Positions 27,222 to 32,000 of a stretch of DNA of 32,000 bases are shown here, in pieces. Position numbers and translations under genes: made by a program. Position 1 is the first letter of the stretch, and each line of letters opens with the position of its first letter. The stretch comes from Planctopirus limnophila DSM 3776 (lineage in GTDB: Bacteria > Planctomycetota > Planctomycetia > Planctomycetales > Planctomycetaceae): positions 4,860,001-4,892,000 of the forward strand of contig NC_014148.1 of assembly GCF_000092105.1 (NCBI RefSeq). The letters are read 5' to 3'. The notes below the pieces were generated by a model, which was given only the letters and a program-made list of their open reading frames with translations, was not told where the DNA came from and made no database searches.

Positions 27222-27317
27222 ATGAAGTTTCTCGCCCCGTTTTTTCCCGTTCGCATCCCCCACCGGCAAAAGATTGCCGTTTACCTGCTGGAGCGTTGTC
27301 ATGGCTGCAATTCTTGA
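27222..27317 (+). CDS. Candidate 31-codon upstream ORF (MKFLAPFFPVRIPHRQKIAVYLLERCHGCNS) overlapping the decarboxylase start
   Basis: My own reading. GGAG at 27214-27217 lies 4 nt before the ATG at 27222. The TGA at 27315-27317 is 17 nt inside the downstream CDS and in a different frame. It is below the track's length cutoff. Confidence 0.2.
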   Translation: MKFLAPFFPVRIPHRQKIAVYLLERCHGCNS

Positions 27318-28479
27318 TGACCGTACTGCATCCGCTGTTGGCTACCGCGTTGCTGAACCTGTCGTTTCTTTCGAGCAGGCGAAGGAACTCGCCGCCGAGT
27401 ATGGCACACCTCTCATGTGTGTCTCTCGCTCGGTTGTCGCTCGGAACTATGAAATTCTTCAGGCAGGTCTTCCTGGTGTGGAGCTGTTCTACGCTGCCAA
27501 GAGTAATCCTGACCTGACCATTCTCCGCACGCTGCGCAGGCTGGGTGGCTCTGTGGATATCTGCTCTGTCGGTGAACTGAAAGCTGCTCTTCAGGCAGGT
27601 TTTACTCCCGAGCAGATGCTGCACACCCATCCCTGCAAGACGGTCGATAATCTCATGACCTGCTACGAAGCCGGCGTGCGTCTGTTCGTTTATGACAATG
27701 CGACAGAACTCAAGAAAGTTCATCGCCTGACGCCTGATGTCGGCCTGCTGTTGCGAGTCGCCATGTCGTCAGCTTCCAGCATGATCAACCTCTCGGCCAA
27801 GTTTGGTTGTGCTCCTTCCGAAGCGGTTGATCTGCTCCGTCAGGCACGCGAGCTGGGCATGAATGTTCGTGGCATTTCGTTCCATGTGGGTTCACAAACT
27901 CTGGAGCCAGGCGACTACGACCGTGCACTGGCCAAAGTGCGGCAGATCTTTGATGACGCTGCCTGCGAAGGGATCGATCTCGAGATTCTCGATATTGGTG
28001 GCGGGATGCCCGCTCCCTATCGTGAAGCGATCATCAGCCTCGAAACGTATTGCGATATCGTCCGCCAGTCACTCGAAATCCACTTTGGCGACCTGCCTGT
28101 GCGGGTGATTGCTGAGCCGGGCCGTGTGATCTCTGCGGATACGCAGACTTTGATCACCAGTGTGATCGGGAAGTCTGTCCGTCCTAACGGAGCGACACAA
28201 TACATCATCGACGATGGTCTTTATGGTTCATTCTCGGGCAAGGTTTACGATCACACCGATTTCAACCTGATGGCCGAAAATCATCTGGATCGTCCCTGCT
28301 TCCCCTGTGTGGTCGCTGGCCCGACATGCGATTCCACAGATGTGGTCAGCCGTGATCAGGAATTGCCGAACCTGGAAATCGGCGAGCTGATTCTCGTCCC
28401 TTCGATGGGCTCATACACCAACGCCAGTGGCTCGACATTCAATGGTCTCGATCTTGTGAAGGCCATCGGCGTGGAGTAA
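27301..28479 (+). CDS. Type III PLP-dependent ornithine/lysine decarboxylase (eukaryotic-type ODC fold)
   Basis: YAAKSNPD (PLP lysine), FHVGSQ, LDIGGGMP, AEPGR, GPTCDSTD. About 392 aa. GGAG lies 7 nt before the ATG at 27301. Confidence 0.9.
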   Translation: MAAILDDRTASAVGYRVAEPVVSFEQAKELAAEYGTPLMCVSRSVVARNYEILQAGLPGVELFYAAKSNPDLTILRTLRRLGGSVDICSVGELKAALQAGFTPEQMLHTHPCKTVDNLMTCYEAGVRLFVYDNATELKKVHRLTPDVGLLLRVAMSSASSMINLSAKFGCAPSEAVDLLRQARELGMNVRGISFHVGSQTLEPGDYDRALAKVRQIFDDAACEGIDLEILDIGGGMPAPYREAIISLETYCDIVRQSLEIHFGDLPVRVIAEPGRVISADTQTLITSVIGKSVRPNGATQYIIDDGLYGSFSGKVYDHTDFNLMAENHLDRPCFPCVVAGPTCDSTDVVSRDQELPNLEIGELILVPSMGSYTNASGSTFNGLDLVKAIGVE

Positions 28480-28522
28480 TTCCAGGTCACTCATGTCGTT
28501 GATTGACGATGGCTGATTTTTG

Positions 28523-28559
28523 AACCGTTCGTGGTGGATACGCCATGAACGGTTTTTTG
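28523..28559 (+). terminator. Rho-independent terminator
   Basis: AACCGTTCGTGG (28523-28534), 8-nt loop, CCATGAACGGTT (28543-28554, one G-U pair), running into a T6 tract. Confidence 0.8.
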
Positions 28560-28568
28560 TTGGTCATT

Positions 28569-28592
28569 GAGGTCGAGGTCGAGGTCGAGATC
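28569..28592. repeat. Hexanucleotide microsatellite (GAGGTC)3 plus GAGATC
   Basis: Four tandem units read directly in the intergenic region upstream of ald. Confidence 0.8.
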
Positions 28593-28704
28593 CTATGAAT
28601 CTCGCCCTCTCGGCATCTGTTGACATCGCCCACAATGGCAATGACCGATATAGTGGAATGACAAGGCGTTCATTTCAGAATTGAGCTAGAGCGGAAGGGC
28701 GATC

Positions 28705-29805
28705 ATGCGGGTGGGTGTTCCGAAAGAAGTGAAGGTTGATGAGTATCGCGTGGCCATGCTCCCCGTAGGTGTCGAGGAATTGAAGCGTGTTGGACACACC
28801 GTGCTGGTTGAAGCGGGAGCGGGAGTCGGCAGTGGGATTTCAGACGAAGAGTATGCCGAGGCTGGCGCCCAGATTGTGGCAAGTGCGAAAGAAGTCTGGG
28901 ATCAGGCGGATCTGATCGTCAAAGTCAAAGAGCCACAGGCGGCTGAGTTCCCTCTGATGCGATCTGGCCAGGCGATCTTCACTTACTTTCACTTTGCCGC
29001 CAGTGAGACGCTCACTCGAAATGTGATCGAGAGTGGAGTGACGGCGATAGCCTATGAAACTTTGCGTGGGCCGCAGGGCGATTTACCGCTGTTGACTCCC
29101 ATGAGTGAAATCGCTGGCCGTATGAGTATTCAGGAGGGAGCCAAGTATCTCGAACGGCCACAACTGGGCCGCGGGATTTTACTGGCGGGAGTGCCGGGTG
29201 TGGCACCAGCTCATATTGCCATTCTGGGTGGTGGTGTGGTCGGGAAGAATGCGGCTCGAATTGCTGCAGGCTTTCAGGCCGACGTGGTGATTCTCGACAT
29301 CAACGTGGATCGGCTGCGCTATCTTGAAGACATCATGCCTCCCAATGTGAATACGCTCTTCAGTGACCGACATAATATCCGGCAGCAGCTCAAGCTCGCC
29401 GATCTGGTGATTGGAGCTGTGCTGGTGGAAGGTGCCCGAGCACCCAATCTGGTCTCTCGCGAAGACCTGAAGTACATGAAGCATGGAGCAGTGATTATCG
29501 ACGTGGCTGTCGATCAGGGCGGATGCGTGGAAACGACTCGGCCAACGACACATTCCGACCCGACATATGTCGTCGATGGCATTGTGCACTACTGTGTCAC
29601 GAACATGCCCGGCGCAGTGGGCCGTACCAGTACCTATGCACTGTGTAACGTGACACTCCCTTACATCCTCAAGATTGCGAAAGAGGGCGTGTTGCCGGCG
29701 TGCAAAGGCCATGCAGGGTTGAATCGGGCCGTGAATATTCATGCGGGTCAGGTGACGAATGCCGCCGTCGCCAAGACGTTCCACCTGCCCCTGACCGAAC
29801 TGTAA
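28705..29805 (+). CDS. ald: Alanine dehydrogenase
   Basis: MRVGVPKEVKVDEYRVAMLP, the Rossmann motif ILGGGVVGKNAA and VDVAVDQGGC. The 366-aa length is typical of Ald. Confidence 0.95.
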   Translation: MRVGVPKEVKVDEYRVAMLPVGVEELKRVGHTVLVEAGAGVGSGISDEEYAEAGAQIVASAKEVWDQADLIVKVKEPQAAEFPLMRSGQAIFTYFHFAASETLTRNVIESGVTAIAYETLRGPQGDLPLLTPMSEIAGRMSIQEGAKYLERPQLGRGILLAGVPGVAPAHIAILGGGVVGKNAARIAAGFQADVVILDINVDRLRYLEDIMPPNVNTLFSDRHNIRQQLKLADLVIGAVLVEGARAPNLVSREDLKYMKHGAVIIDVAVDQGGCVETTRPTTHSDPTYVVDGIVHYCVTNMPGAVGRTSTYALCNVTLPYILKIAKEGVLPACKGHAGLNRAVNIHAGQVTNAAVAKTFHLPLTEL

Positions 29806-29850
29806 CAGGCTTATTCACACCCAAATTCTGGGGCAATGTCCTTAGTCTGG

Positions 29851-30046
29851 AACCCTCTCCCGCGTCTGCGTGGGAGAGGGAAGAAAGGGTGGCAGGGGTC
29901 GGATGTCCTCATCCGCCCCCTGGTCAATCGAGTTCACCAGCACAGATGCATCGGTAAACTTCCTCATAACTCCCCATCAAAATGACTTCGAACAACCAGT
30001 ATCAAATGATCTGGGGGCAAACGAAGACGTTTGACCCCAGCCACAC
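29851..30046. repeat. Composite palindromic intergenic element: tight REP-like hairpin plus a long-arm hairpin related to the 7829-7979 element
   Basis: Hairpin CCCTCTCCCGCG-TCTG-CGTGGGAGAGGG at 29853-29880. GGGTGGCAGGGGTCGGA (29887-29903) matches 7859-7875 at 13 of 17 positions. 30011-30044 matches 7907-7940 at 27 of 34. Arms GTGGCAGGGGTC / GACCCCAGCCAC pair across about 130 nt. Confidence 0.75.
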
Positions 30047-30091
30047 AGACGAACTGTATTGGGCTTAAGCCTCGGATCATAAACGTGAAGT

Positions 30092-30122
30092 GGCCCGGAT
30101 GATTCTTATAACCATCCGGGCC
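30092..30122. terminator. Perfect 10-bp hairpin GGCCCGGATG-N11-CATCCGGGCC between convergent ald and exbD; possible bidirectional terminator
   Basis: Arms at 30092-30101 and 30113-30122. There is no strong T-tract on either side. Confidence 0.45.
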
Positions 30123-30146
30123 GCTTGAATTGCCTGCTGTGATAGA

Positions 30147-30653
30147 TCAGCTGTTTTTAGGAAGTCGCGGCGGGGCAAACTTGATTTTCTCGACATAGCG
30201 AACAAGCTGTTTGGTCTGCGGATCGATCTTGCCTGTGCAGTGTGAAACCGCCTTGATGACATACTCGTAGTGAAGTTCGTAGTCGGCATCGATCTCGACT
30301 TCGATATCTTTGGTGGCTGGGTTGCCGGGAGTGCCAATGATCTTGAGCACTTCGGCCCCTAAGGCTTCGAAAGCTCCATCTCCCACACCGAGATTACGCT
30401 CGCCAAATTTGAGCTGAGCGAGGTTTCCATTGGCATCGGAAATCAGCTTGATCTTGATATCCGGCACCAGAGGAGCATCGCTGCTCTGTTGTGACGACTG
30501 GCCCAGCGGCATGTTGATATCGAAGTTTCCTTCAGGAGCCATGATCTTCAGTTGGAGCATGAAGAAAATGAGCAGTTGAAAGACGATATCAATCATGGGT
30601 GCCATGGGCACATCCACTTTACCGCCCGTATCTGGTCTGCGTTTGCTGCCCAT
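30147..30653 (-). CDS. exbD: ExbD/TolR family biopolymer transport protein
   Basis: MAPMIDIVFQLLIFFML signature TM. I prefer the ATG at 30653 to the GTG at 30668. Confidence 0.85.
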   Translation of the reverse strand: MGSKRRPDTGGKVDVPMAPMIDIVFQLLIFFMLQLKIMAPEGNFDINMPLGQSSQQSSDAPLVPDIKIKLISDANGNLAQLKFGERNLGVGDGAFEALGAEVLKIIGTPGNPATKDIEVEIDADYELHYEYVIKAVSHCTGKIDPQTKQLVRYVEKIKFAPPRLPKNS

Positions 30654-30723
30654 GAAACTCGATCTCACTCACTGAACCAGGACGTCTCTCGATAGATCTG
30701 CTGATTTAAATAAAAAACTGTCG

Positions 30724-31203
30724 TCACTTCTCTTCCGAAATGGCCTTGAGCGAAAACTTGGTGTAGCCAATTTCCTGACACTTGCGAATCAGCTCCTGCA
30801 CTTTGCCTGTCGGTACCTCACTGTCGGCCCGGAGGATGACTGTCGTTTCGTCAATCGCCCCCTTTCCACCTTTGGCTTCCGCCAGTCGTTTTTCCTGTTC
30901 GAGGAGCGGACCGAAGTTATTGATCGTGAATTTATCACCGGCATAGAACACGATGGGCTCTTCGGAAAGTTTTCGTCCGGAGAGATCACGATCAAAGCCG
31001 ACGTTCAACACCAGCTCTTCTGCCGGCTTGACTTCGGGCGGTTTGGCCAGCAGGTCTTTCGGGAGCTTGACGCGTTCATCAGCCTTCGTGTTCTCGAAGT
31101 TGATCACCACCATGAAGAAGGTGAGCAACTGGAACACGATATCAATCATCGGCGTCATATCCGGTTCAATGACGCTGGTGTGATTCAGACGGCGCTTTGC
31201 CAC
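30724..31203 (-). CDS. exbD: ExbD/TolR family biopolymer transport protein
   Basis: MTPMIDIVFQLLTFFMVV signature. 159 aa. GTG start at 31203. Confidence 0.9.
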   Translation of the reverse strand: MAKRRLNHTSVIEPDMTPMIDIVFQLLTFFMVVINFENTKADERVKLPKDLLAKPPEVKPAEELVLNVGFDRDLSGRKLSEEPIVFYAGDKFTINNFGPLLEQEKRLAEAKGGKGAIDETTVILRADSEVPTGKVQELIRKCQEIGYTKFSLKAISEEK

Positions 31204-31318
31204 AAGTCGATTCCTGTGCGAATACGATCAGGGATGTCTTTAATTTTCAGAACAGAAATGTGACGGCTCATTTTTTCCTGAGCGACCAAACTCTTGGATC
31301 GCTCCAGGCTTGAACCGA

Positions 31319-32000
31319 CTAGCCCTGTGGGGCGGCAGCAGGAGCCGCAGCAGCAGGACGAGCCGCCGGGGCTGCTGGAGCAGCAGGTGCCGCTTGTGGT
31401 TTCATACCACTGAAACGGCTCATCAATCCTTCGCTGATGACACTGGCCTCGAACATAAACCGGGCAAAACGATTCTTATAGACAGTGAAGGCGACAATGG
31501 CGGGGATCGCCACAATGAGACCTTCCAGTGTCGTGAAGAGAGCCGTGGCGATACCGTCGGCCAGCTCGTAAGGCTTGGGCTGCTGTGTACTGGTCGCAAT
31601 CACCTGGAAGCTGAGCACCATCCCCTGGACAGTTCCCAGCAGACCGAGCATCGGTGCGACCGAGCCAATCAATGCCAGATAACCGATCTTCTGTTCCATC
31701 CCCAAGGCTTCGTCGTCGCCCACTTCCTGCATCGCGTTTTCGACTTCTTCATAGCCACGGGCGAGGCGAGCCATACCAGCTGCCAGGACTCGGGCCACGA
31801 ATGAATCATCACTTTTCGCAAGTTCGTAGGCACCGGGGTAATCGCGGGCGTTCAGCTTTTCTTCAAAGTCTTCTACGAAGTCAGCAGGAATGTAGTTCAC
31901 TTTGCGGATCTGCAGAAACAGCATCATGATGAGGGCCACCATGACGAACGAGACGAGCATGATCAGAAAGCCGAAAATACCCGAGGCGCGAATCATCCAC
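31319..32000 (-). CDS. exbB: MotA/TolQ/ExbB proton-channel protein, with the N-terminus probably beyond the right window edge
   Basis: MotA_ExbB core: GYLALIGSVAPMLGLLGTVQGM, ALFTTLEGLIVAIPAIVAF. The frame is still open upstream of the ATG at 31996. Pro/Ala-rich C-terminal tail. Confidence 0.85.
   Translation of the reverse strand, partial: WMIRASGIFGFLIMLVSFVMVALIMMLFLQIRKVNYIPADFVEDFEEKLNARDYPGAYELAKSDDSFVARVLAAGMARLARGYEEVENAMQEVGDDEALGMEQKIGYLALIGSVAPMLGLLGTVQGMVLSFQVIATSTQQPKPYELADGIATALFTTLEGLIVAIPAIVAFTVYKNRFARFMFEASVISEGLMSRFSGMKPQAAPAAPAAPAARPAAAAPAAAPQG

Noticed and set aside
30077-30337. 86-aa minus-strand ORF overlapping the exbD 3' end and the hairpin
   Set aside because: It overlaps a confident ExbD gene out of frame and spans the intergenic hairpin. 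It is spurious.
1-32000. Looked for CRISPR arrays, rRNA/tRNA/tmRNA/RNase P/SRP signatures, transposase or integrase genes, and known defence-system enzymes
   Set aside because: I could not recognise any by eye in intergenic regions or ORF products. A covariance-model and HMM scan would be needed to exclude small RNAs.

Overview
Mostly ordinary chromosomal DNA with moderate GC. The gene content looks Planctomycetota-like, but that is an inference from gene families, not a search result. I support about 30 protein genes and found no rRNA, tRNA, CRISPR array, transposase or integrase.

Gene order, left to right:
- A BNR/Asp-box sialidase-like gene (minus strand). It runs off the left edge and is absent from the ORF track.
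- Two small unknown genes.
- An ECF sigma / anti-sigma / secreted-protein cassette.
- A Tat-signal PhoD-like metallophosphatase.
- floA, speA, a hemQ-type chlorite-dismutase-family gene and a UDP-glucuronate decarboxylase.
- A HigBA-like toxin-antitoxin pair.
- An RraA-family gene, a NifS/IscS-type cysteine desulfurase, an alpha/beta hydrolase and a DUF1080 protein.
- A translationally coupled pair of unknown membrane proteins.
- A UxaA/GarD-type dehydratase and pepT.
- A membrane-anchored thioredoxin plus trypsin-like protease fusion.
- A 1.15 kb gene-poor region, then an ornithine/lysine decarboxylase and alanine dehydrogenase.
- An exbD-exbD-exbB cluster that runs off the right edge.

I do not recognise a clear new defence or multi-gene system. 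The observations most worth follow-up are:
1. The ECF cassette is bracketed by two diverged direct copies (~138 nt) of the same gene junction. This leaves two gene stubs and looks like an old integration or duplication scar.
2. A family of nested palindromic intergenic elements occurs at three gene 3' ends.
3. The HigBA-like pair has a toxin start that shares a CATG with a divergent gene's start.
4. The long motif-rich leader upstream of the ornithine decarboxylase contains a 31-codon upstream ORF that overlaps the decarboxylase start.
5. The thioredoxin-protease fusion and the coupled membrane-protein pair have no assigned function.

All coordinates and identities come from hand reading and hand alignment, not from database searches.
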